A DNA stretch of 64,000 bases, from positions 1-64,000 of the forward strand of contig OY760183.1 of the NCBI GenBank assembly GCA_963663275.1. The letters run 5' to 3'. This stretch comes from Chloroflexota bacterium (GTDB lineage: Bacteria; Chloroflexota; UBA11872; VXOZ01). A model generated the notes under the pieces. It was not told the origin of the DNA. It worked only from the letters and a program-made list of their open reading frames with translations, and made no database searches. Positions 39,354 through 49,071 of the stretch are shown piece by piece (the first letter of the stretch is position 1; the number at the start of each line of letters is the position of its first letter). Position numbers and translations under genes: made by a program.

Positions 39354-39746
39354 CTAGTCCAGAGCGGCTATCGCGTCGATTTCCACCAGCCAATCCGTAG
39401 ACGCCAGGGAGCCGATTTGCACCATGGTGGCGGCCGGGAAGGGGGGCTTGAGGATTTCGTTGCGCACCATGGTGATGGTTTCCCGGAAGCGGATGTCGGT
39501 GACGTACATGTTCATGAAGACGACGTTGTCGAACGTCGCGCCGCCGGCTTCCAGGAGCGACTGGATGTTGGCGAACACCTGGCGCACCTGCACCTCGATG
39601 TCGCCCGCGCCGACGATGCTGCCGTCGCCGGCCGTCGGCCCCTGGCCGGCAATGTAGAGCATCTCATTGGCTTGCACGCGCAGGGCCATCGAATACGGCG
39701 CGGCAGGCTGCGACATGCCCGCGCCCAGCAACGGTTCTTTCTTCAT
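39354..39746 (-). CDS. RidA/YjgF family protein
   Basis: PYS, LYIAGQ, FPAATMVQI, LVEIDAIA. Confidence 0.9.
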   Translation of the reverse strand: MKKEPLLGAGMSQPAAPYSMALRVQANEMLYIAGQGPTAGDGSIVGAGDIEVQVRQVFANIQSLLEAGGATFDNVVFMNMYVTDIRFRETITMVRNEILKPPFPAATMVQIGSLASTDWLVEIDAIAALD

Positions 39747-39953
39747 GGTGTCTGCTCCTCTGCTCTCTTGATACTGTCATGGTTGTGCACACAACGGGCA
39801 TTATAGCCGCTGTGCCGGCATTCTCCAAGAGATGCGGCCGCGCGCCGGACAATGCGCGCACATTGGGCAGGTGGAGCGCTTTGAGCTTTGCATGGCTCAC
39901 GCCGGCGGTTAGTGCGACCGCATTGGGGCAATGCTGTCGCATGAGGCTATCGA

Positions 39954-40010
39954 GCACTGTACTACCCGTTCGTGCTGAGCCTGTCGAAGTATGAACGGGT
40001 AGTACAGTGC
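39954..40010. repeat. 57-bp hairpin element
   Basis: GCACTGTACT...AGTACAGTGC; near-identical inverted copy at ~51883-51939. Confidence 0.75.
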
Positions 40011-40147
40011 GGCACGATCGACCCGCCGCTCATCCCTTTCTCAAGATTCGGTGAAACGGCGGCATGCATTGCAAGTCAACGCGGCGCCACCGCAGCGTTG
40101 CCCCCTCACCCCGGCCCTCTCCCCAGGGAGACCTTTGCATAACTCTG

Positions 40148-41158
40148 TCATTCCGGCGAAAGCCGGAAGGTGGATTCACATTTCAAGTGCAACACCTGGT
40201 TGATGAATACTTCGGCTGGCGTTTGGAAGTCAAGACACTTGCGCGGGGTGTGGTTGTAGGCGTGGACCAGTTGCGCAAAGCGTTGTTGGCTCACCTGTGC
40301 CAGGTCGGTCTTGCGCGGCAGCCGGCGCCGCAGGCGGCCGATGGCGTTCTCGATGCCCCCTTTCTGCCAGGGCGAGTGGGTATCGCAGAAGAAGGTTTGG
40401 ATGCCCAAGTCATGGAGGCGGTAATGCTGTGCGAACTCCGTGCCATTGTCGAACGTGACGGTCTGGCTGCACGCTGGGGGCAGCGCGGCGAACAGGTCGT
40501 GCAGGATAGTGGCGATCGGCGCTGCCGCCTTGCCGGGCGGTCGCGCGGCCAGCAACAGGCGCGAGTGGCGCTCGTGCAGGGTCAAGACTGCTTGACCGTA
40601 GGTGCGAAAGAGCATCAGGTCCGCCTCCCAGTGGCCGGGCGTTTGGCGGTCTGCCGCCGCCTGGGGCCGTTCTGCCAGCGGTCGGCGCTGGGCAATGAAC
40701 GAGGCCGGACTGCCGCCCTTTCGCCCGCGCCAGCCCCGTTTGGACTTGGCGCGCGGCAGGTAATGCCGCCAGTTACCGTCCTTCGTGCGCGCCTGCTGCC
40801 CGTAGATGAAGCGATAGATGGTCTCGTGAGAGACGACCGGCGCGCCGTTCTCCCGCGCCAAACGTCCGGATACCTGCTCCGGCGACCAACAATCCCGCAA
40901 GTATCCCAACACCACCTCCCGCAACTCGGCATCCCGCTCCAGCTTGCTGCCGCGCCAGCACCGCGCCCACGCCTGATCATCGGCATACTTTGGCTCATAG
41001 CCTGCCGATTGCGATCCATTTCGTTTCACCTCCCGCGAAATCGTCGATGGCGCGCGACCCAGAGTTGCAGCGATTTGCCGGTGCGAGGTTCTCGCGGTGA
41101 GAAGTCGGGCAATTTCACACCGCTCTTCAATGGTAAGTTGTGTGTATTGTTTTCCCAT
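40148..41158 (-). CDS. IS30-family DDE transposase
   Basis: STISREVKRN, WSPEQ, SHETIYRFIY, GHWEADL, TFDNGTEF, SPWQKGGIEN. Confidence 0.97.
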   Translation of the reverse strand: MGKQYTQLTIEERCEIARLLTARTSHRQIAATLGRAPSTISREVKRNGSQSAGYEPKYADDQAWARCWRGSKLERDAELREVVLGYLRDCWSPEQVSGRLARENGAPVVSHETIYRFIYGQQARTKDGNWRHYLPRAKSKRGWRGRKGGSPASFIAQRRPLAERPQAAADRQTPGHWEADLMLFRTYGQAVLTLHERHSRLLLAARPPGKAAAPIATILHDLFAALPPACSQTVTFDNGTEFAQHYRLHDLGIQTFFCDTHSPWQKGGIENAIGRLRRRLPRKTDLAQVSQQRFAQLVHAYNHTPRKCLDFQTPAEVFINQVLHLKCESTFRLSPE

Positions 41159-41202
41159 GGCAACACCTTAGCAAAGTGTTGCACTTCGTTTGTGAGTCTA
41201 GG
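40169..41202 (-). mobile_element. IS30-family insertion sequence
   Basis: Imperfect ~26-bp TIRs (TGGATTCACATTTCAAGTGCAACAC vs TAGACTCACAAACGAAGTGCAACAC); GAA duplicated at 40166-40168 and 41203-41205. Confidence 0.88.
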
Positions 41203-41458
41203 GAATCCAGACCGCATTTACAACTAAAAATAGCTTGTTTTCAATCCTTTGCACCCCCATCCCAACCTTCCCCCTCAATGGGGAAGGGGTTATGCAAAGG
41301 TCTCCAGGGGAGAGGGAGTCCCGTTGCGCCATTGGACGCGAAATTCAAAGTTCGCAGGAGGAAAGGGACGTGACCGCAAGCGCGCCGAAATTGGTACCAT
41401 GCGGAGTAGCGCGCGTCTACGGCGGCGCGCGCTGGCAATGCACATCAGGAGTATGACA

Positions 41459-42736
41459 ATGGAGCAAGACATCGCCTTTGAAATGGCGGCATCCAGTATC
41501 CGTTTCGGCTGGGGAGTCACCCGCGAGGTGGGCATGGACCTGGCGGACCGGGGCGCGCGGCGCGTGATAGTGGTCACGGATCCCGTGTTGCGGGAGTTGC
41601 CGCCGGTAGCCACCGTGCTCACCGCGCTGGACGAGGCCGCCGTGCCTTACGCGCTCTTCGACCGCGTGCAGATCGAGCCTACGGACGCATCGTTCCAAGA
41701 GGCGATTGCGTTTGCCATCGCGGAAGAAGCGGACGCCTTCGTGGCGGTGGGCGGCGGTTCCACCATCGACACGGCCAAAGCCGCCAATCTCTATGCCACC
41801 TATCCCGCCGACTTTCTCGACTATGTCAATGCGCCCATCGGCAAAGGGCTGCCGGTGCCCGCACCGCTCAAGCCCCTGATCGCGATTCCCACCACCGCCG
41901 GCACCGGCAGCGAGACCACCGGCACGGCCATCTTCGACCTGGTCTCGATGCACGCCAAGACGGGCATCGCCCACCGCAACCTGAAACCCACCCTGGGTAT
42001 CATCGATCCGGAAAACACCGCCACCCTCTCGCCCACGGCGGTGGCGTCCACCGGCTGCGACGTGCTGAGCCACGCCCTGGAGTCCTACACGGCCATCGCC
42101 TACACCGCGCGGCCCTATCCGGAGCGGCCTCTGCTGCGACCGGCGTACCAGGGGTCGAATCCGGTGAGCGACCTGTGGGCGCGGGAGACGCTGGCGATGG
42201 TGGCGGAATTCCTGCCGCGCGCCGTGGCGGACCCGCAGGACCGTGAGGCGCGGGAGAAGATGCTGCTGGCGGCGTCGTTTGCCGGTATCGGCTTTGGCAA
42301 CGCGGGCGTGCACCTACCCCACGGCATGTCCTATCCCGTGGCCGGCATGGTGCGCGGCTACCATCCGGACGGCTACGCCGGCGACCACCCAATCGTGCCC
42401 CACGGCATGGCGGTTATCTTGAACGCGCCCGCGGTATTCCGCTTTACCGGGGCCGCCGGGCCAACGCGCCACATCCAGGCGGCCGGGCTGCTGGGCGCGG
42501 ACGTGAGCCGGGCAAAGCCCCGCGACGCGGGCGCGATTCTGGCCGACCGCCTCATCGAGATCATGCGGGAGTTGCAGATACCAAACGGCCTCAGCGCCGT
42601 AGGGTACACCACGGCGGACATTCCGGCGCTGGTGGAAGGCACGCTGCCGCAGCACCGCGTGACCAAACTCTCGCCGCGCCAGGCTTCGGCGGACGACCTG
42701 GCGCGCATGTTCGAGGACGCCATGCGGTATTGGTGA
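41459..42736 (+). CDS. hydroxyacid-oxoacid transhydrogenase (iron-containing ADH family)
   Basis: VGGGSTIDTAK, YVNAPIGKG, PTTAGTGSETT, RPAYQGSNP, HLPHGMSYPV. Confidence 0.9.
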   Translation: MEQDIAFEMAASSIRFGWGVTREVGMDLADRGARRVIVVTDPVLRELPPVATVLTALDEAAVPYALFDRVQIEPTDASFQEAIAFAIAEEADAFVAVGGGSTIDTAKAANLYATYPADFLDYVNAPIGKGLPVPAPLKPLIAIPTTAGTGSETTGTAIFDLVSMHAKTGIAHRNLKPTLGIIDPENTATLSPTAVASTGCDVLSHALESYTAIAYTARPYPERPLLRPAYQGSNPVSDLWARETLAMVAEFLPRAVADPQDREAREKMLLAASFAGIGFGNAGVHLPHGMSYPVAGMVRGYHPDGYAGDHPIVPHGMAVILNAPAVFRFTGAAGPTRHIQAAGLLGADVSRAKPRDAGAILADRLIEIMRELQIPNGLSAVGYTTADIPALVEGTLPQHRVTKLSPRQASADDLARMFEDAMRYW

Positions 42737-43092
42737 TGCGCCCGCGCCGCACGCGCCTGATAGGGGTACGACACAGGGTAGATACACGCAATCCGCCGCA
42801 CACCCGGTAGGGGCACGACATGTCGTGCCCCTACACGAGGCGAGGGACCTATCTCGACACCGTGTCGCGCCCCGTGCTCCATTCGACGCCGTTCGCTTCA
42901 TTCCGGCTCTTGCCAGGGTCTACGCGAATAGCCGCCCTTTAGGCTAATTCTCCCTTGACATGCCAATATCTTGTGTTTTACCATTCTGTCTACACTAAAT
43001 ATAGTATGCGGTTTCCGCCATGCAGGGATTGCGCGGCTGCGGCATAATGGGACTACGCGCCCACGTATGCGCCCGCGCGTGCGTCTCGGCGC

Positions 43093-43169
43093 CTCCCTGT
43101 AGCTCAGTTGGATAGAGCAGCAGTTTCCTAAACTGCGTGTCGGGCGTTCGAGTCGCCCCAGGGAGGCCA
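43093..43169 (+). tRNA. tRNA-Arg(CCT)
   Basis: Acceptor CTCCCTG/CAGGGAG, anticodon arm GCAGT-TTCCTAA-ACTGC, TTCGAGT T-loop, encoded CCA. Confidence 0.96.
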
Positions 43170-43366
43170 ACCGCGCCGGAATTCGACCGGCGCCGTCGGC
43201 TCAAGGGGCCATGCCGACCGTGCTGTCATGCTGACCGCGCGTCCGTGCCAATCGCGCGGTCATGCCGGCCGTGCTGTCGCGCCAACCGCGCGTTCGCGCC
43301 GGCCGTCCGCTCTTCCCGCACGGTGGCGCCACCGTCTCACCGCAACAACCCGCCCGGAGGTACTCA

Positions 43367-44371
43367 ATGGGTTCGTTCACGCGCGCGCGGCGCGCATTCC
43401 TCGGTACGTTGATTGTCCTAACGGCGCTCGCTGCCGGCTGCGCCGTGCAGCCGGCCGCCGCGCCGGAGACTGCGGCGGCTCCGCCGGAGACCGCAGAGCC
43501 CGCGCCCACCGCGACGGCGGCAGCCAGTGCGTTTCCCCGCACGATTACGGACGGTTTGGGGAACGCCGTAACCATCCCGCAGCAGCCCCAGCGCATCGTC
43601 TCGCTTACTTTGGCCACGGACGAAATCCTGCTCTCGCTGGTGGACCCAGCCCGCGTGCGCGCCGTCACCTACCTGGCCGGAGACTCCATGTGGACGAACG
43701 TCAGCGAGCAAGCCAAGCAGGTCGAACACACCGTGCAGTCCGATCCGGAGCAGATCATCGCCCTGGAACCGGACCTCGTCCTGGCCGCCGTCTATAACAA
43801 TCCCGATCACCTCACGCTGCTCCGGGACGCCGGCGTGCCGGTGGTGGTGGTCTCGCTCTTCGATTCGGTCGATCGGGTGGCGGACAACATCCGTTTCGTC
43901 GCGCAACTCACCGGGGACGAGGCCCGGGCGGAGGAAATCATTGCCGCCATGGATGAGCGGCTCGCGGCCATCGAAGCGCAGGTGGCTGAGGCCGAGACGA
44001 AACCCCGGGTGTTGTTCTACACCGCCTTTGGCAGTTCCGCCGGCAAAGGCTCCACGTTCAGCGACATCGTGCGGCGCGCCGGCGGCGTCAACCTGGGCGA
44101 CGAGGCGCTGGGCGGCCCCTTTGGCGAGATTTCGCTGGAGAAGATCGTGGAACTCGATCCCGACGTGATCATCACCGACGAGTTCGCGCCGGAGGATAAC
44201 CCCCAGTGGCAGGAAGAATTCGCCAATCATCCCGCGCTGGCTAACGTGAGCGCCAAGCGGAACGGCCGCATCTATACCGTGCCCGCGCGCCACCTATCGA
44301 CGCTCTCGCACTATATCGTGGAGGGCGTGTACGACGTGGCGCGGGTGTTGCATCCCGATCTGGTGCAATGA
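43367..44371 (+). CDS. cobalamin/iron-siderophore ABC substrate-binding lipoprotein (BtuF-like)
   Basis: Lipobox AAGC, FPRTITDGLG, PQRIVSL, EQIIALEPDLV; RBS GGAGG. Confidence 0.9.
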   Translation: MGSFTRARRAFLGTLIVLTALAAGCAVQPAAAPETAAAPPETAEPAPTATAAASAFPRTITDGLGNAVTIPQQPQRIVSLTLATDEILLSLVDPARVRAVTYLAGDSMWTNVSEQAKQVEHTVQSDPEQIIALEPDLVLAAVYNNPDHLTLLRDAGVPVVVVSLFDSVDRVADNIRFVAQLTGDEARAEEIIAAMDERLAAIEAQVAEAETKPRVLFYTAFGSSAGKGSTFSDIVRRAGGVNLGDEALGGPFGEISLEKIVELDPDVIITDEFAPEDNPQWQEEFANHPALANVSAKRNGRIYTVPARHLSTLSHYIVEGVYDVARVLHPDLVQ

Positions 44372-44457
44372 GAGTGAAGGGGCGTTTTCCCCTCACCCCG
44401 GCCCTCTCCCCTGGGAGAGGGAGCGGAGGGAGCGGACTCTTTCGCTCCCGAAGGAGG

Positions 44458-44860
44458 CCCTGCGGTCCGTAGGGGCGGTTCGCGAACCGCCCCTACGTCA
44501 AACGCACTACCCCTTTCCCTTTGAGGCTGACAGGGGTATGAATGCTATGATCGACATCACGTGTCAGCCCTTTGAGGGAAAAGGTTGGAATGGGGGAGGC
44601 AGGTCGCGGATCCTTTCGCTCCCGGCAGAAACCCTGCGGTCCGTAGGGGCGGTTCGCGAACCGCCCCTACGTCAAACGCACTACACCTTTCCCTTTGAGG
44701 CTGACAGGGGTATGAATGCTATGATCGACATCACGTGTCAGCCCTTTGAGGGAAAAGGTTGGAATGGGGGAGGCAGGTCGCGGATCCTTTCGCTCCCGGC
44801 AGAAACCCTGCGGTCCGTAGGGGCGGTTCGCGAACCGCCCCTACGTCATACGCATTGCCC
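44458..44860. repeat. tandem duplication of a 174-bp REP/mini-MITE unit (about 2.3 copies)
   Basis: Units start at 44458, 44632, 44806, each with a GTAGGGGCGGTTCGCGAACCGCCCCTAC REP; the first two also carry a GGCTGACA...TGTCAGCC mini-element flanked by CTTTGA. Confidence 0.88.
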
Positions 44861-44907
44861 CTTTCCCTTTCAGCGAAGATGTTGAGACGAGGGAGGTACA
44901 CGCTTAC

Positions 44908-45972
44908 GTGCTGCGACGGGTGTTTGACGTTGAAGCGCCGCTGGCGCTCAGGCTGGCGTTGGCGTTGGGCGCGCTCACGCTGCTGCTCTTCCTCTCGTTG
45001 GTGGTAACGCTGGCATTCGGCGCCGTGGACGTGCCGTTGGGCGTAACCGCCTCGATCATCGTGCAGCGGATGGGCATTCCGCTGGGCGCGGCGGCGAGCG
45101 ACGTGCAGTGGAGCGTCATCAGCCACGTGCGGCTGCCGCGCGTGCTGACGGCGGCGTTGGTGGGCGCGGCGCTGGCGGTGGCGGGCGCGACGATGCAGGG
45201 CATCTTCCGCAATCCGCTCGCCGATCCCGGCATCATCGGGGTCTCGGCCGGCGGCGCGTTGGGCGCGGTGGTCGCCATTCACTTCGGGTTGCGCGGCCTG
45301 CATTATCTGGCGACCCCGGCGCTGGCTTTTGGCGGCGCGCTGGGCGCGGCCATGCTGGTGTACGCCCTGGCAGCGGCGCGGGGCGTAGACCCGCTCATGA
45401 CGATGATACTGGCCGGCGTAGCGGTGCAAGCCTTCATCGGCGCTGTCATCTCGGCGGTTCTCACGCTCACCGCGGACGTCAACGCCATGCGCGAGATCGT
45501 CTTCTGGCTCACCGGCAGCCTGAGCGCGCGCAGTTGGACTCACGTGCAACTCATCTTGCCCTTCATCGCCGCCGGCAGCCTGCTTCTGCTCTGCTTTGCC
45601 CGCGACCTCAACCTGATGGCGTTGGGCGAGGAATCCGCCCGCAGCATGGGCGTGGACGCCCGGCGCGTGCGCCTGATCATGCTCACCCTGGCGGCGCTCA
45701 TCACCGCGGTGGCCGTGGCCGTGAGCGGCATCATCGGTTTCGTCGGGCTGGTAGTGCCCCACATGGTGCGCCTGGTGGTGGGCCCCGACCACCGGCTGGT
45801 GCTGCCCACCAGTCTCCTCGCCGGCGCGGTATTGCTCACGTGGGCGGATTTCGGCTCGCGGCTGCTCTTGCGGCCCCAGGAGTTGCGGGTGGGGTTGATC
45901 ACCGCCTTCTTCGGCGCGCCGTTCTTCCTCTTTCTCCTGTACCGCCACAAGCGGCAGGGAACGGTGCTATGA
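44908..45972 (+). CDS. FecCD/BtuC family ABC permease
   Basis: RLPRVL, FRNPLADPGIIGVSAG, IGFVGLVVPH. Confidence 0.95.
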   Translation: MLRRVFDVEAPLALRLALALGALTLLLFLSLVVTLAFGAVDVPLGVTASIIVQRMGIPLGAAASDVQWSVISHVRLPRVLTAALVGAALAVAGATMQGIFRNPLADPGIIGVSAGGALGAVVAIHFGLRGLHYLATPALAFGGALGAAMLVYALAAARGVDPLMTMILAGVAVQAFIGAVISAVLTLTADVNAMREIVFWLTGSLSARSWTHVQLILPFIAAGSLLLLCFARDLNLMALGEESARSMGVDARRVRLIMLTLAALITAVAVAVSGIIGFVGLVVPHMVRLVVGPDHRLVLPTSLLAGAVLLTWADFGSRLLLRPQELRVGLITAFFGAPFFLFLLYRHKRQGTVL

Positions 45973-46784
45973 GCGCCCCGCCGGACGCTGAGCGCATCGC
46001 CGGCGCCGCGCTCAGCGCAGAGGGCGTTTCCTATGCCGTGGGCATGGCGCAGTTGCTGGAAGCGGTGTCTTTGGAAGCGCGCGCCGGCAGCCTGCTGGGG
46101 TTGATTGGGCCAAACGGGGCCGGCAAGTCCACCCTGCTCAAGTGCATCAGCCGCTTGCTTACGCCCGCCGCCGGACAGGTGCGCGTGGACGGCCAGGACC
46201 TGCTCCGGCAGTCGCCCCGGGAGATCGCCCGCCGGATCGCGCTCCTGCCTCAGAGCGCCGCGCTCGACTTTGCCTTCACCTGCCTGGAGGTGGTCTTGAT
46301 GGGGCGCAATCCCCACCTGGGGCGCTTTCAAGCCGAGGGCGCGCGGGACCGCTCCCTGGCGCGGCAGAACATGAAAGCCACCGGAACCGGGGCGTTCGCC
46401 ACGCGCCTGATCACCGAGGTTTCCGCCGGCGAGCGCCAGCGCGTGCTCCTGGCCCGCGCGCTCACCCAACAGCCGCGCCTGCTCCTGCTGGACGAGCCGA
46501 CCGCCGGACTGGACGTGCAGCACCAGCTCCAGGTGTTCGGGCTGATACGCGGTCTGGCGCGCCGGGGGCTGACGGCCATTGCCGTGGTGCACGACCTGAA
46601 CCTGGCGGCGCGCTACTGTGACCGGCTGCTGATGCTCGACCGGGGTAAGGTGCACGCGCGCGGCAGCGTGGCAGCGGTGCTGACGCCGGAGAATCTGGCG
46701 CGGGTCTTCCGCGTGGAGGCTACGGTGGAGCCGGACCCGGCGCTGGGCGCGCCGCGCGTGACCGTGCTTGCGGCCCTCGAGTGA
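45969..46784 (+). CDS. FepC/BtuD family ABC ATP-binding protein
   Basis: GPNGAGKST, SAGERQR, LLDEPT, HDLNLA. Confidence 0.95.
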   Translation: MSAPPDAERIAGAALSAEGVSYAVGMAQLLEAVSLEARAGSLLGLIGPNGAGKSTLLKCISRLLTPAAGQVRVDGQDLLRQSPREIARRIALLPQSAALDFAFTCLEVVLMGRNPHLGRFQAEGARDRSLARQNMKATGTGAFATRLITEVSAGERQRVLLARALTQQPRLLLLDEPTAGLDVQHQLQVFGLIRGLARRGLTAIAVVHDLNLAARYCDRLLMLDRGKVHARGSVAAVLTPENLARVFRVEATVEPDPALGAPRVTVLAALE

Positions 46785-46844
46785 GCGCGCAATCTGGATC
46801 CCTCTTCCTGGGGAAGCCCTTTTATAGCCCCTTCCCCATTGAGG

Positions 46845-46920
46845 GCTGACAGGGGTAGGCATTCTAAATTCGACTTCACGTGTCATTCCGAGCGGAGCGC
46901 AGCGGAGAGAGGAATGACAT
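46845..46920. mobile_element. truncated MITE family B copy
   Basis: Left end GCTGACAGGGGTAGGCATTCTA...; right TIR missing. Confidence 0.7.
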
Positions 46921-46934
46921 GCTAAGCCGATAGT

Positions 46935-47006
46935 GGGTTGGGTACCCCGGGTTGCGTATCTCTGGGTGCACACCCCCTGGTTGCGTATCTCTGGTTGCGT
47001 ACCCCT
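46935..47006. repeat. about five degenerate 14-bp tandem repeats
   Basis: Consensus near GGTTGCGTATCTCT. Confidence 0.6.
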
Positions 47007-47030
47007 ATCGGCTGGGGAGAGGGCTGGGGA

Positions 47031-47852
47031 TTACGGCTTATTGGCTATAGCTTCGCCGTAGGCAACGCCGCAGAAGGCGCCGGGGTGTTCCCGCCACTTG
47101 TCGTAGGCCTCCTGAACTTGATCGGCCAGTTCTCGCGTCGAAGCGCCGTACTGAATGGCCGCTTCCACGATTTCGGGCGAGAGGAACCACTGAGTCGCCA
47201 CGCCGTAGATGAATTCCACGTCCCCGGCCGAGTGGTAATTATCGAACGAACCGGACGCCTGGATGTTCTGGAACCCGGCCGTAAGCAGGTGTTCCTTCAA
47301 TTCCTTCCCCATCTGGGGGTGGCCGTCGTCGGCCGCCAGCAGGTCTTCGAACATAGCCCACGCATTGCGCATGACGCCGAAATCGGGATGCGAGAAGGAA
47401 GACTCGCAAATCATCTCGCGGCAGGAGATGATGCCGCCGGGTTTCATGACGCGCTTCACTTCCGCCAGCACCGCCTGTGTATCCGGCACGTGCTGGAGCA
47501 GGGCGTGGCAGTGGGCCACTTCGAAGAAGTCGTCCTCGAAAGGCATGTCCGTCACGTCGGCGACGTGGAACGTCACGTTTGGGACGCTAAGCAGTTTGCA
47601 GGAGGTCCGCGCCAGTTCTACCTGCGACGCCTCCATGTCCACGCCGTGCAAGTGGCCGGGGTCTACGCGCGCGGCCAGGCCTGCCGATATGGTGCCCGGG
47701 CCGCAGCCAAAGTCGAGTATGCGCATGCCGGGCCTGAGATACGGCAATAGGTGCTTGGCGTGGCTCACGGCCGTGTAACGCTTCAGGGTCGCGATGAATT
47801 CATCGCTGAACCCCATCGTATAGTCGGGTGTCGCCGATTCGAATTCAGCCAT
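47031..47852 (-). CDS. class I SAM-dependent methyltransferase
   Basis: ILDFGCGPG, PFEDDFFEV, MKPGG. Confidence 0.9.
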   Translation of the reverse strand: MAEFESATPDYTMGFSDEFIATLKRYTAVSHAKHLLPYLRPGMRILDFGCGPGTISAGLAARVDPGHLHGVDMEASQVELARTSCKLLSVPNVTFHVADVTDMPFEDDFFEVAHCHALLQHVPDTQAVLAEVKRVMKPGGIISCREMICESSFSHPDFGVMRNAWAMFEDLLAADDGHPQMGKELKEHLLTAGFQNIQASGSFDNYHSAGDVEFIYGVATQWFLSPEIVEAAIQYGASTRELADQVQEAYDKWREHPGAFCGVAYGEAIANKP

Positions 47853-48026
47853 GCGCTCCCTTCCTTTCTGAGCCAATTAGATTAGCCATTATAGAGGTAT
47901 GCGCGCCTGCATTCAACAGCCCACCGTGCGGCGCTGCGCGTTCACGCGCCATGCTTCCGTCGTTGCCGGGCGCGCGAGCGCTGTTGGGAGCGCCAAGCCG
48001 CATTGCTCAGCGCCTGCGGGCCGGCG

Positions 48027-48851
48027 CTAGGGCTTCCGCCCGATGCCCTCGCCGTACGCGATGCCGGAAACCGCGCCGGGATGGTTCTTCCACTTCTCGT
48101 AGGCGTCGCGTATCCTATCGAAGAGCTTTGTGGTTGCCGCGCCGTACTTTATGGCCATGTCCACGTTGTCGGGCGCCAGGAACCATCTGGTGCCGCGCGT
48201 GTAGGCAACGGCAATGTCCGCGTGGGTGCTGTGGAGTTCGAAAGAAGCGGAGAGTTGCGTATCCTCAAATCCCGCGTCGGAGAGATGGGCCTTCAATTCC
48301 TTCCCCATCTGCGGGTGACCCTCGTCGGTCTCCACCACGTCCTGAAAGACTTCCCACGTCTCTTGCAGCACGCCGTAGTCGGGATACATGAAGCTGGAGC
48401 CGATAATCGCCTCGCGGCAGGCGATCATGCCGCCGGTTTTCAGGACACGCTTCGCCTCGGCCAGCACGGCGCCGGTATCCGGCACGTGCATGAGCAGGTT
48501 ATGGCAGTGGGCGACGTCGAAGGATTCATCCTCGAACGGCAGCGCGGTCACGTCGCCCACGTGGAAGACGGCGTTGCCGCACTCCTGCTCCTTGGCAGTG
48601 GCGCGCGCCCGCTCGATCGGGATTTCATCCATGTCGATGCCGTGCATCTCGCCCCCGGGCGCTACCGCCGCGGCGAGACCCACCGATATGGAGCCGGGGC
48701 CGCATCCAAGGTCGAGAATGCGCAAGCCGGGCTCGAGATGCGGCAGCAGATACGCGGCGCTGGTCTCCGCCTTCAGCCGCGCCTGATGCGCAAGTATCTC
48801 TTCGCCAAAGCCAATCGAATAGTCGGGTGTCGCCGACTCCGTACCTTCCAT
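48027..48851 (-). CDS. class I SAM-dependent methyltransferase (paralog of 47031-47852)
   Basis: ILDLGCGPG; shares ESATPDY, GHPQMGKELK, HPGA..G.AYGE with its neighbour. Confidence 0.9.
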   Translation of the reverse strand: MEGTESATPDYSIGFGEEILAHQARLKAETSAAYLLPHLEPGLRILDLGCGPGSISVGLAAAVAPGGEMHGIDMDEIPIERARATAKEQECGNAVFHVGDVTALPFEDESFDVAHCHNLLMHVPDTGAVLAEAKRVLKTGGMIACREAIIGSSFMYPDYGVLQETWEVFQDVVETDEGHPQMGKELKAHLSDAGFEDTQLSASFELHSTHADIAVAYTRGTRWFLAPDNVDMAIKYGAATTKLFDRIRDAYEKWKNHPGAVSGIAYGEGIGRKP

Positions 48852-49071
48852 ACACGCGCTCCTTTTGTGAGCATCAACCATTATATCACGTTTGCAGTTC
48901 GTTCAAAATAGCCCGCGGCGAAAAAATCCCCAGGCCGCGCCCGGGCGAGAACCGGCAGCGCGCCCTTGGATGAGCCGCCGCACCCCAGCGCCGCGCGTGT
49001 GTGACTATAATAGAGTCTGAGCGCGCCGCAGCGCGGCGAACCAATTTAATCGTACCGCTGGGGAGAAGCCA

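Larger units (their letters stand above)
40128..41304. mobile_element. MITE family A copy interrupted by IS30
   Basis: Perfect 16-bp TIR GAGACCTTTGCATAAC; CAGG on both flanks; without the IS it aligns to 21770-21909 (inverted). Confidence 0.82.

Noticed and set aside
43170-43366. Cobalamin riboswitch upstream of the BtuF-like gene
   Set aside because: No recognisable B12 box or core motifs; only a degenerate ~51-bp duplication.
44458-44860. CRISPR-like array of 28-bp palindromes
   Set aside because: The intervening 146-bp segments are nearly identical, so this is a tandem duplication rather than unique spacers.
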